Part shown: positions 41,164 to 54,073 of the stretch, in pieces | Numbering within the stretch: the stretch's first letter is position 1 | Layout: every line of letters begins with the position of its first letter | Assembly (NCBI GenBank): GCA_049970495.1 | Contig: JBMFMV010000003.1 | Span: 18,693 to 82,692, forward strand | Source: a bacterium | GTDB taxonomy: Bacteria > DUMJ01 | Direction: 5' to 3' | Length of the DNA stretch: 64,000 bases | Position numbers and translations under genes: made by a program | Notes under the pieces: generated by a model | Seen by the model: the letters and a program-made list of their open reading frames with translations, nothing else | What the model was told of the DNA's origin: nothing | The model's database searches: none

Positions 41164-41860
41164 AGTCTTTTTGGAAAAAGTTTCTGATACGATAAAGGTT
41201 TTTGATAGGGAGATCCTTCGTCATATTTCTGCTAGAAGACTTTCTGAGGGTGATCAATTAATAGTCTGTGATAGATTTGGCCAGTCTTATATATATAGAA
41301 TAAAAGAGAGAGAACAGAGTAGTATTTTACTAGAAAAAGTAGAACCAATAGAATTTTCTTTCCCTTTAAAGAATGTTATATACGCCCAAGCTCTCATAAG
41401 ACCTCGAAAGTTAGAATCAATTATTTCTTACAGTACTCAATTAGGAGTAGAATCTTTTGTCTTTTTTGTATCTAAGAGGTCATCGATAAGGGATCTAAGT
41501 ATAGTTAAAAAGAGATTAGATAGACTTAGGAGTGTAGCTATGGCTTCGGCTGAGATATCCATGAATAGGGTACCTGATATAAAAATTGTGCCTGATCTTA
41601 AGACTCTTCTAGAACAGTTTAGTACTTATAAGCCTTTATTACTTTATGAAAATGCACAGGAGAGATTAAATTTAGAATGGCTTAAGAATAATGATATTAA
41701 TGACATACTATTTATCATAGGTCCGGAAGGCGGTTTTGAGGATGAAGAAGTTGAGATAGTTAGGGAAAGGGGTGGCTTTATTCTTTCATTAGGTGATAGA
41801 ATCTTGACCTCCGAAGTAGCTGGTTTTGTTGTTCTTTCCCTTATTCAATTTGGGATCTAA
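41144..41860 (+). CDS. rsmE: 16S rRNA m3U1498 methyltransferase RsmE (start possibly ATG 41150)
   Basis: IGPEGGF...SLGDRILTSEVA SPOUT motif; operon position. Confidence 0.88.
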   Translation: MHMTLLRVFLEKVSDTIKVFDREILRHISARRLSEGDQLIVCDRFGQSYIYRIKEREQSSILLEKVEPIEFSFPLKNVIYAQALIRPRKLESIISYSTQLGVESFVFFVSKRSSIRDLSIVKKRLDRLRSVAMASAEISMNRVPDIKIVPDLKTLLEQFSTYKPLLLYENAQERLNLEWLKNNDINDILFIIGPEGGFEDEEVEIVRERGGFILSLGDRILTSEVAGFVVLSLIQFGI

Positions 41861-41865
41861 GTATT

Positions 41866-43107
41866 ATGAGATTTCGAATATATACCTTTGGTTGCAAGAC
41901 CAATCAGTATGATTCAGAATTCTTAAGAAGAATTTTAGTTAACTCTATGAAAGAGGCTAATGATGAAGAGATTCCGGATATTATTATTGTCAATACTTGC
42001 TCTGTAACACATATAGCAGAGAGAAAGGCTAGAACTTTAATTAGACATCTTTTAAGGACTTATCCTACTGCTAAGGTAATTGTTACCGGATGTTATGCAG
42101 AGAGAGACCCTAAAGCTATAGAAAACCTTGGCAATCTTATAGTAGTAGGTAATAGAGATAAAGAGAAGATACCTAGTTTATTATTGCCTGATTCTATTCC
42201 CAAGATTTTACCTGAAGATAAAAGTAAAAGGATAAGGGCTTTTGTGAAGATTCAAGATGGTTGTGATGATTTCTGTTCCTATTGTATAGTCCCTTATGTA
42301 AGAGGTCCTGTCCGTTCTAGAAAGACTGAAGAAATCTTAAAAGAAGTTAAGACTTTGGCTGAATTAGGTTATCCTGAGATTGTATTAACAGGTATACATA
42401 TAGGCAGATTTGAAGATAATGGAAGAAGACTTTCCGATTTAGTAAAGCTTATATATAGAGAAGTTCCAGATATAAAAAGAATTAGATTAAGTTCTATAGA
42501 ACCTCAAGAAGTGAATAGAGAAATTATAAGACTCTTTAATGAAGTTCCTATTTTATGTCCTCACATACATTTAGTTGCTCAAAGTGGGAGTAATAAGGTC
42601 TTAAAGGATATGAGAAGAAAGTATACAAGGAAGGAATATCTTTCTCTAGTTGAGGAGTTCAGATCGATTAGAAATGATATAGAATTTACCACTGATATAA
42701 TAGTGGGATTTCCTACTGAAGAAGAAAGGGATTTTGAGGATACTATATCTTTGGTAAAAGAGGTTGGCTTTATTAAAGTACATATATTCCCTTTTTCCCC
42801 TAGGCCAGGAACCGATGCCTTTTCCCTAAAGAGAATAGATAAGAAGGTAGTTAGAGAAAGAGAAGAAAGACTTAAAGAGGTAAGTTTAGACGTAGCCTTT
42901 AATAGGCTTAAAAATATTATAGGAGAGGATATGGAAATTCTAGTAGAGAGATATTCAAATGGTGTAGCAGTCGGTCTGACTAAAACTTATATTAGAGTCT
43001 ATTCGACTGTATCTTCCCCTATTTCTATAGGGGACCTTATAAGGGTCCGCATCAATAGTGTAAATAAGGGAAAAGACAGCGTAAATCTTAAGGGCACTTC
43101 TTCTTAG
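41866..43107 (+). CDS. mtaB: tRNA t6A37 methylthiotransferase MtaB
   Basis: TFGCKTNQYDS, NTCSVT, radical SAM CDDFCSYC, TRAM-like tail; follows prmA-rsmE. Confidence 0.9.
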   Translation: MRFRIYTFGCKTNQYDSEFLRRILVNSMKEANDEEIPDIIIVNTCSVTHIAERKARTLIRHLLRTYPTAKVIVTGCYAERDPKAIENLGNLIVVGNRDKEKIPSLLLPDSIPKILPEDKSKRIRAFVKIQDGCDDFCSYCIVPYVRGPVRSRKTEEILKEVKTLAELGYPEIVLTGIHIGRFEDNGRRLSDLVKLIYREVPDIKRIRLSSIEPQEVNREIIRLFNEVPILCPHIHLVAQSGSNKVLKDMRRKYTRKEYLSLVEEFRSIRNDIEFTTDIIVGFPTEEERDFEDTISLVKEVGFIKVHIFPFSPRPGTDAFSLKRIDKKVVREREERLKEVSLDVAFNRLKNIIGEDMEILVERYSNGVAVGLTKTYIRVYSTVSSPISIGDLIRVRINSVNKGKDSVNLKGTSS

Positions 43108-43110
43108 CTT

Positions 43111-43213
43111 AGGAGTATTTGAAATCTGTAAGTTCGTATTGTATTAGAAAGTTTCAAATAGTCCTTTGGTCTGTCAAAAATAGGGCTCCATAAGCTTTTG
43201 CGTAGAACTTACA
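43111..43213. repeat. Interlocked inverted repeats in the mtaB-ktr intergenic region
   Basis: AGGAGTATTTGAAA(43111-24)/TTTCAAATAGTCCT(43152-65), 13 of 14 paired; TGTAAGTTC(43127-35)/GAACTTACA(43205-13), 9 of 9 paired. Confidence 0.6.
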
Positions 43214-43275
43214 AAGCCTCGGCATATTGATTTTCTAATTACTGGTGGTATAATTCTATATCTAGGTGATGTGGC

Positions 43276-43935
43276 ATGCCTGAAAAGATTAAGAATGTAG
43301 CGGTGATAGGTTTAGGCAGATTTGGTTTTTCCCTAGCTGTAAATTTACAGCAGCTAGGTTGTAACGTATTGGCTATAGATAGTGATGCGGATGTTATAGA
43401 GAACATAAAAGATGGTATATCGCAGGCGTTAGTCTTAGATGCCACTGACGAAACTGCATTAAGAGAGGCGGGAGTAGGAGATATGGATGCAGCATGCATT
43501 TCAACAGGAAGGGATTTACAATCGAGTGTTTTGACTGCCCTTATATTAAAAAAACTTGGTGTAAAATATATTTTAGCTACTGCGATAAATGATTTGCACA
43601 AGAAGATACTAGAAAAGATTGGGGTAAATCTTATCATTTTTCCTGAAAAAGATATGGGGGCTAGAATTGCATACAGGTTAACTCACCCCACAGTCTTAGA
43701 GAGGATAGAAGTCTCTCCAGATATAGAAATGATAGAAATAGATCCTTTAGAATGGATGATTGGAAAATCTCTGTCAGAGATAGACCTGCCAAAGAGATAT
43801 GGAATAAGAATATTCGCTATAAGAAGGAAAGATAAAACTATAACAGAACTTACAGGAGATACAAGAATCTTAAAGGATGATAAGATATATATCTATGGAA
43901 GGCATAACGCTATAGAGAAATTTGTGGAGCACTAA
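43276..43935 (+). CDS. K+ uptake regulatory RCK subunit (KtrA/TrkA family)
   Basis: VIGLGRFG Rossmann motif, FPEKDMG, RCK_C tail. Confidence 0.9.
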   Translation: MPEKIKNVAVIGLGRFGFSLAVNLQQLGCNVLAIDSDADVIENIKDGISQALVLDATDETALREAGVGDMDAACISTGRDLQSSVLTALILKKLGVKYILATAINDLHKKILEKIGVNLIIFPEKDMGARIAYRLTHPTVLERIEVSPDIEMIEIDPLEWMIGKSLSEIDLPKRYGIRIFAIRRKDKTITELTGDTRILKDDKIYIYGRHNAIEKFVEH

Positions 43936-43937
43936 CT

Positions 43938-45269
43938 ATGCAGAAAGAGAACAATCCTTGGCGCTTTATAGTTCTCAGTTTCCTTTTTATAATCCTTACT
44001 GGAGCTTTATTATTGATGTTACCAATCTCTTCCAGATCTGGAAGATTTACCGATCCTCTCACTGCTCTCTTTACTGCTACCTCTGCTACATGTGTTACAG
44101 GACTTGTGGTTGTCGATACTGGGACTTACTGGACATTTTTTGGTCAGATAGTTATTTTACTTTTAATACAATTAGGCGGTATAAGCTATATGACTCTTCT
44201 AAGTTTTTTAGCTCTGTTACTTCGTAGGCAAGTCTTTCTACATGAAAGAATTATCTTACAGGAATCTCTTAATACTTGGTCTATTAGAGGTGTTATGCGA
44301 TTGGCTAGGTTAGTCCTTTTTACGGTAATCTCATTTGAAGGGATTGGTGCTTTATTTCTATTTTTGGTCTTTAAAAAAGATTATCCTCTTCTGACCTCTA
44401 TAAAATTTGGCATCTTTCACAGTATCTCTGCCTTCTGTAATGCCGGTTTTGATCTTTTAGGAGGATTTAAAAGTTTTACTGGATATGTAGATAATCCTCT
44501 CTTGGTATTTACGGTGACATCTCTTATCATATTTGGCGGTATAGGATTTATTGTGATGCATGACCTCAGAAGTAATCTTTTTAATTGGAAAAAACTTACT
44601 CTACACTCCAAATTGGCTATAGTAACAACACTTATCCTGATAAGTTCAGGTACAGTAGTTGTTGGAATCTTGGAATGGAAAAATCCAAACACTTTGGGAA
44701 GTCTTTCTGTTAATGGGAAATTATTAGGGGCTTATTTTCAAGCTGTAACTCCTAGGACAGCTGGTTTTAATACTGTTAATATTGGAGGAATGCGACCAGA
44801 AACATTACTTTTTGTCATTTTACTTATGTTCATAGGGGCGTCTCCTGGTGGTACTGGTGGAGGTATAAAAACGGTAACATTTGCTGTTCTATTATATGCG
44901 GTAAGAGCCACTCTTATGGGATATGAAAATGTAGAGATATTTGGGCGTAGGTTATATTGGGATTCTGTTAGAAAAGCTTGGGCTGTATTTTTTCTCTCTT
45001 TAGCGCTTATATTTGTAAGCTGGTTTATACTTTTATTAACAGAGAATTTCCCTCCTCTTAACATCCTTTTTGAGGTGGTTTCAGCCTTTGGTACTGTTGG
45101 TTTATCTACAGGCATAACTCCAAGTTTGTCCCCTATAGGAAAGGTGATAATAATTCTAAATATGTATCTTGGTAGAGTTGGTTTAGTAGTCTTTGGCCTA
45201 TCTTTCTTATATCCTTTAAGGAGAAGGGCTCATATAGAATTGCCTTATGGTGAGGTGAGTATAGGATGA
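43938..45269 (+). CDS. K+ uptake membrane subunit (KtrB/TrkH family)
   Basis: ATCVTGL, AFCNAGF, TPRTAGFN, SAFGTVGLS filter motifs. Confidence 0.93.
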   Translation: MQKENNPWRFIVLSFLFIILTGALLLMLPISSRSGRFTDPLTALFTATSATCVTGLVVVDTGTYWTFFGQIVILLLIQLGGISYMTLLSFLALLLRRQVFLHERIILQESLNTWSIRGVMRLARLVLFTVISFEGIGALFLFLVFKKDYPLLTSIKFGIFHSISAFCNAGFDLLGGFKSFTGYVDNPLLVFTVTSLIIFGGIGFIVMHDLRSNLFNWKKLTLHSKLAIVTTLILISSGTVVVGILEWKNPNTLGSLSVNGKLLGAYFQAVTPRTAGFNTVNIGGMRPETLLFVILLMFIGASPGGTGGGIKTVTFAVLLYAVRATLMGYENVEIFGRRLYWDSVRKAWAVFFLSLALIFVSWFILLLTENFPPLNILFEVVSAFGTVGLSTGITPSLSPIGKVIIILNMYLGRVGLVVFGLSFLYPLRRRAHIELPYGEVSIG

Positions 45270-45922
45270 GATTATTTTATAGACCTTCTCAATATGCAGT
45301 TATAGGAATTGGAAGATTTGGGACCTCGGTAGTTGAAACTTTAGCTGGACTAGGTTATGAGGTACTTGCTATAGACCCTGAGGAGAAGAATATAGAGAGG
45401 GTAAGAAATATAGCCACCTATACTGCTGTTGTAGATGTTACTAATGAGAATGAACTTAAGGAAACTGGAATCACTAATGTAGATATAGCTATAGTTTGTC
45501 TATCAGATTTAGAGATGAACATACTTGCTACTATGATAGTTAAGGAGTTAGGAATAAGATATGTGATAGCTAGAGGCTTGAACGATAATCATATAGAGAT
45601 CTTAAAACTAATTGGTGCAGACTGGATAGTTTGTCCAGAAAAAGAAATGGGAAGAAGGATAGCACAGAAGATGGCTATGCCTGGTATAATTGATCCTATG
45701 GACGCTATGCCTGAAGCAAGAGTCATTGAGATCACTGCTACTCAGGATTTGATTGGTAAGAGGATTCAAGAAATTGCTCCTCCTACTAGTGGTATTTTAA
45801 TCTTAGGTATAAGAAGAAATGGTAATGTTATTGTAGTTCCTAGTCCTGAAGAGATTATAAGATCGAACGACGAGATATACCTTTTTGGTTCCCTTTCCGC
45901 TCTTGAAGGTTTTATAGTTTAA
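45266..45922 (+). CDS. Second K+ uptake RCK subunit (KtrA/KtrC/TrkA family)
   Basis: VIGIGRFG, CPEKEMG. Confidence 0.88.
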   Translation: MRLFYRPSQYAVIGIGRFGTSVVETLAGLGYEVLAIDPEEKNIERVRNIATYTAVVDVTNENELKETGITNVDIAIVCLSDLEMNILATMIVKELGIRYVIARGLNDNHIEILKLIGADWIVCPEKEMGRRIAQKMAMPGIIDPMDAMPEARVIEITATQDLIGKRIQEIAPPTSGILILGIRRNGNVIVVPSPEEIIRSNDEIYLFGSLSALEGFIV

Positions 45923-45941
45923 TGATATTATATAGACTTAA

Positions 45942-46028
45942 GGTGGCTTGTACTTTAAAAGACAAGACCATCTATTAATTTAAAGATAGATAAAAATTCG
46001 TCCGGTACCAATATCGGACTGGAACGGA
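45942..46028 (+). ncRNA. pan RNA motif-like cis-regulatory element (two hairpins, each with two bulged A residues)
   Basis: GGTGG-CTTGT-A-CTT-taaa-AAG-ACAAG-A-CCATC (45942-72) and TTCGT-CCGGT-A-CC-aatatc-GG-ACTGG-A-ACGGA (45997-46028), upstream of panT-coaX. Confidence 0.7.
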
Positions 46029-46038
46029 GGTGTTTAGT

Positions 46039-46722
46039 ATGCGTATATCCAATAAAGAAATTGCTTTAGGTGGGTTATTTGGAGGTATTATATTATTTCT
46101 TGGTTTCTCTTATCTAGGTTATATTCCTCTCCCTACTCCGGCTGGTGCTGCTACAATTATGCATATACCGGTTATAGTTGCAGGTTTGGTCCTTGGTCCT
46201 AAGTTTGGCGCTATAGCTGGTACGCTTTTCGGCCTATCCGCCTTATACTATTTCTTGAGTATAGCTCCTCCCTGGGTATTATTCCCAGCTAGGCCCTTTA
46301 TCGGCGTGGTTCCCCCACTTGTATATTGGGGGATGTTTAAGATACTTAGCAGGAAAGAGAAATCTTTTGTAAGATGGGTATCTTTAATTGTTTCAGTTTT
46401 CCTCTTAATTATTACCCTTAAGCTAAGTTATGATAAACTAGGTATTAACTTTTGGTTTATCTTACTTTCACTTTTATTGGTTTTAATAATTGTATTTTGG
46501 ATAAGAAGCTCTGATCCAAAGATTGTTTCTCTTGCTGTTGCCTCATTTTTAGGAAGTCTGACCAATACTGTTGGGACATTAGGATTAGCTGTAGTATTTA
46601 AGATTTTTCCCATCGGTACTGCCCTTTCTATTGGAATAATCCATGGTATTCCTGAAGCGATATTAGCTGTAGTCATATGCACTCCTATAGTAATGGCTTT
46701 AGAAAGGAGAGTTAAAGGATGA
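46039..46722 (+). CDS. panT: ECF transporter S component, pantothenate-specific PanT-like
   Basis: LGYIPLP...ATIMHIPVIVAG, GSLTNTVGTL, GIPEAILA; upstream of coaX; SD GGAGGTG favours ATG 46039. Confidence 0.8.
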   Translation: MRISNKEIALGGLFGGIILFLGFSYLGYIPLPTPAGAATIMHIPVIVAGLVLGPKFGAIAGTLFGLSALYYFLSIAPPWVLFPARPFIGVVPPLVYWGMFKILSRKEKSFVRWVSLIVSVFLLIITLKLSYDKLGINFWFILLSLLLVLIIVFWIRSSDPKIVSLAVASFLGSLTNTVGTLGLAVVFKIFPIGTALSIGIIHGIPEAILAVVICTPIVMALERRVKG

Positions 46723-47483
46723 TAATAGCTATTGATGTTGGAAATACTAATATTGATATTGGATTCTTTCAAGGATATAGATTATTAAGACACTTTGAGC
46801 TTTCTACTAATAGACAGGCAACAAGTTACGAATATGCACTAAATCTTTCTTGGCTCATTGGTAATAATAATTTAAAGGCAGATGATATAGAAGGGGTTGC
46901 ATTGTCATCAGTTGTGCCCCCTGTGACCTTAGAGTTAGAACGGGCCGTAAGATATCTCTTTGGTTTAAAACCATTTATAGTTGCTCCCGGTATAAAGACT
47001 GGTTTGATTATAGAAGTAGAAAATCCTAAAGAGGTAGGTTCAGACATAATATGTAATGCAGTATCTTTAGTGGAAGACTATAGGATATCTGGAATAGTTG
47101 TAGATTTTGGGACCGCTATTACGGTTACAGGTGTCAAAGATAGAAAACTGCTTGGGGTGGCGATAGCTCCTGGGATATGGACTGCTAGTTCTGCTCTTTG
47201 GGAAAGAGCGGCAAGACTTTCCCCTGTAGATATATTTAATCCTCCAGAGAGTGTACTTGGTAAAAATACTGTTACCGCTATGCAGTCTGGAATAATATAC
47301 GGTTTTGTTGGTTTAGTAGATAAACTTGTCTCTTTGGAATTACAAGAGATGGAAATAGAACCTTTTGTTATAGCTACTGGCGGTTGGTCTGAGAGGATAG
47401 CCAAGTATTGTAGCACTATAAATCTGGTAGACCCTTATCTTACTCTTAAGGGTCTCTGTAGATTGTACATGAAGAATATGTAG
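46719..47483 (+). CDS. coaX: Type III pantothenate kinase
   Basis: IDVGNTN, SSVVPP, EVGSD, VDFGTAIT, IATGG, LTLKGL. Confidence 0.95.
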   Translation: MIIAIDVGNTNIDIGFFQGYRLLRHFELSTNRQATSYEYALNLSWLIGNNNLKADDIEGVALSSVVPPVTLELERAVRYLFGLKPFIVAPGIKTGLIIEVENPKEVGSDIICNAVSLVEDYRISGIVVDFGTAITVTGVKDRKLLGVAIAPGIWTASSALWERAARLSPVDIFNPPESVLGKNTVTAMQSGIIYGFVGLVDKLVSLELQEMEIEPFVIATGGWSERIAKYCSTINLVDPYLTLKGLCRLYMKNM

Positions 47484-47521
47484 CCAATTGACTTTTTTAC
47501 TTCTTTTCATACAATATAATA

Positions 47522-48790
47522 GTGGATTTTGGGACAGATAAAATAAAAAGAAAACTAAGAGAGTCTATTGCCCTTAGGAATATAGCATTACTCTACGGCG
47601 AAATAGCATTTATTGGGGTCTTAAATGGTACTATCGGCACGTATCTAGGGGTATTTGCTATAAGACTAGGGGCTTCTAATAGTATTATAGGTCTTATGTC
47701 CTCATTACCCGCTTTTCTTACCGTCCTTCTTATGTATCCAGCCTCCCAGCTAGTAAGTCTTTGGAAGGATAAGATAGAGATAAACAAGTGGACATTCCTA
47801 TTTACTAGGATCCTTTATCTTCCTCTGGCTTTTGCCCCTTACTTTCCTCAGCCTGCTCTATTTATACTTATGATTGTTACTCTATTGGCTATACCTGCTA
47901 CTTCCGCTAATATTGCGTTTAATGTCATGTTCATAGACCTTATCCCTTCTTATCTAAGAGCTACCATACTCTCTAATAGGAATATGCTCCTGATGTTTAT
48001 ACAGACTTTTACATCTACCCTAGTAGGATATTTCTTAGATAAAACTAAGTTCCCAGTAAACTTTCAGATAGTTATGTTCATTGGTTTTGTTGCAAGTATG
48101 ATGAGTCTTTTTCTTATGTCATTCTTAAAACCTATAAGAAAGTTTAGTAAGAGTGAAGATGTCTCTATTAATTGGAAGAGAATAATTCTTTCTATAGGGA
48201 CACAGTTTAAAGATATAATTAGTATCTTTAGAGAAGATCAGGCTTTTAAGAATTTTCAGTTTGCAACCTTTATATTTTATCTTGGGCTCTATATCCCTAT
48301 GCCTCTTTTTGGTATTAGGATGATAAGAGAACTGCATTTTACTAATTTTGTTATCGGTCTCACATCCACCTCTAGCGGATTAGCTATGGCTCTTTCCTAT
48401 CCTTTTTGGAATAGATTGGGGAAGAAAATAGGAGTGAGAAATGCCTTATTTTGGAGTAATATAGGAATAGCTTTCTATCCATTTATCTTTATTATGCTTA
48501 GAAGGCCAACTGAAATAATAGCACTTTCCGCTCTAGGTGGCTTCTTTAGTGCAGGATTTAGTATTTTTATGTATATGGCTCTTTTAATCTTCTTGCCTTC
48601 TGAAAAAAAGGCAGAGTATTTAGCTATAAATGGAATTATCTCAAATGTGAGTCTTACAATTGGTCCTATAATAGGGACACAACTCTCAAATGTTATGGGG
48701 ATATCACCTGTATTTTTTATAGGGACTATTATTAGAATTATTGGGACGTATCTTTATCTAAAGAATGTACCTAAAGGAAGGTCTAGTTAG
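47522..48790 (+). CDS. MFS transporter
   Basis: About 12 hydrophobic helices; [11 protein letters not shown]...LP and WNRLGKKIG loop motifs. Confidence 0.8.
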   Translation: MDFGTDKIKRKLRESIALRNIALLYGEIAFIGVLNGTIGTYLGVFAIRLGASNSIIGLMSSLPAFLTVLLMYPASQLVSLWKDKIEINKWTFLFTRILYLPLAFAPYFPQPALFILMIVTLLAIPATSANIAFNVMFIDLIPSYLRATILSNRNMLLMFIQTFTSTLVGYFLDKTKFPVNFQIVMFIGFVASMMSLFLMSFLKPIRKFSKSEDVSINWKRIILSIGTQFKDIISIFREDQAFKNFQFATFIFYLGLYIPMPLFGIRMIRELHFTNFVIGLTSTSSGLAMALSYPFWNRLGKKIGVRNALFWSNIGIAFYPFIFIMLRRPTEIIALSALGGFFSAGFSIFMYMALLIFLPSEKKAEYLAINGIISNVSLTIGPIIGTQLSNVMGISPVFFIGTIIRIIGTYLYLKNVPKGRSS

Positions 48791-50005
48791 GTTCCTATTT
48801 CCCAACTCTCTAGGTATCTTTTCTGTTCTTCTGTTAATTCATCTATCTCTACCCCCATTGTTAGAAGTTTTCTCTTAGCTACCGTTCTATCAATCTCTAT
48901 AGGAACATCTAGCACTTTTGGAGGTAGATTTTTCCCCTCTCTTACTAGATACTCTACTGCAAGAGCTTGATTGGAAAAACTCATATCCATAACACTTGAA
49001 GGATGTCCTTCTGCACAGGCTAGGTTTAATAACCTTCCTCTTGCTAATAGATAAAGTTTTTTGCCATCTAGAAGAGTAAACTCTTCTAGCTCGTCCCTTA
49101 TCGTCCTTCTAGAAATAGAAATCTCTTCTAATCCTTTTACATCTATCTCTACATCAAAATGACCTGAATTACCTAGTATAGCACCGTCTTTCATAAGACG
49201 AAAGTGTTCTTTTCTTATTACATTTATATTCCCAGTAACAGTCACAAATATATCTCCATATCTTACCGCTTCTCTTATTGGCATAACATCGTATCCATCC
49301 ATAACTGCTTCTAGAGCTCTTATATAGTCTACCTCTACCACTATTACTTTGGCACCCATACCTCTAGCTCTGCTTGCTAAACCTTTTCCACATTGACCGT
49401 ATCCACATACTACAAAAGTCTTCCCTGCTAACAGTATATTGGTAGCTCTCAATATACCATCTATGGTACTTTGACCCGTTCCGTATCTATTGTCAAAGAA
49501 GTGCTTGGTCATAGCGTTATTTACTGCTATTACAGGGATTCTTAACTGTTTATTCTTTTCTAGACTTAAAAGCCTATTTACTCCTGTGGTTGTTTCCTCT
49601 GTACCGCCTATTGTATACTCTCCAAATTCTTCCCATCTCTTATGTAAGACTGCAGTTAAATCTCCGCCATCATCCATAATTATATGAGGTTTTATAGAGA
49701 GAACTTTTTTGATATCTCTATAATACTCTTCTGTATTTATTCCCCTTTTTGCAAAGACATTTGCAGTCCCTTCTTCTACTAAGGTTTCTGCTACTTCATC
49801 CTGAGTACTTAATGGATTTGAACCACATAGTGCTATCTCTGCTCCACCAGTCCTAAGCGTCCTTGCTAAGACGGCTGTCTCTGCTGTAACATGTAGACAC
49901 ATCCCTATCCTTATACCCGCAAATGGCTTTTCCCTGTTAAAATCTTCCCTTAAAGATACTAAGACAGGCATTTGTCTCTCTGCCCACTCTATTCTTAATC
50001 TTCCT

Positions 50006-50013
<8 letters not shown>
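48787..50013 (-). CDS. ahcY: Adenosylhomocysteinase (SAH hydrolase), short form
   Basis: [48 protein letters not shown]. Confidence 0.96.
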
Positions 50014-53257
<3,244 letters not shown>

Positions 53258-53267
<10 letters not shown>

Positions 53268-54073
53268 AATTTCCCCCTCCTAATAAGGTCTAATAGATTC
53301 TCTCCATAAAAATCTGGTTTAAATGATTCTTCAAGACTATTCAACTCTTCTTTAGAAGCTATACCACTCAATACTATTCCTGTCTTACACCCCAATCTCT
53401 TTCCTGCTACTAGATCCGTTTCTATTCTGTCTCCTATAAGAAGTACCTCTTTTGGATCTTTTATATCAAACAGATTCAATATAAGTTTCAGACCCACTAT
53501 TTCTGGTTTGCCAATTACTATCGGCTTCTTCTTAGATGCGGTTTCTACAGCCTTTACTATACTTCCTCCACCTGGAATTATACCACTTTCTGTAGGAAAT
53601 GTAGGGTCTGTATTAGTCGCTATAAATTTAGCCCCAGAGAAGATCGCCTGTTGAGCATATGTAAGTTTCTGAAAGTTAAAATTCTTATCCATCCCTACTA
53701 TAACATAGTCAATAGGAGGTTCATAGTTTGACCAGAAGAGATTTCTAAATCCAATCTCTTCTAATTCCCAAACTATCCCTTCTTCCCCTATAATAAAAAT
53801 TCTATCATCCTTATCCGCTTCTCTATCTAAATAGAGTGCGGTAAGGTAGCTAGAAGTAAATATATCAGATATAGAGATGTCCACTCCTATATTACTCAAT
53901 AATTCTACCGCTCTTTTCCTAGGCCTAGTAGAATTATTGGTGAGATAAACTACCTTAATGCCACTCTCTTTTAATAACTTTATCCCTTCTATAGCTCCTG
54001 TTATTGGAATCTTTCCTTTTATAACTACTCCATCTATGTCTAATATGACTAACCTTACATTATTGGGCTCCAA
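53258..54073 (-). CDS. HAD-IIA family phosphatase (NagD-like)
   Basis: LDIDGV, LTNNS, IGKP, IGDRIETD. Confidence 0.9.

Noticed and set aside
43108..43275. c-di-AMP (ydaO) riboswitch ahead of the ktr genes
   Set aside because: The conserved ydaO sequence blocks are not visible, and the likely promoter lies only about 20 bp before the start codon
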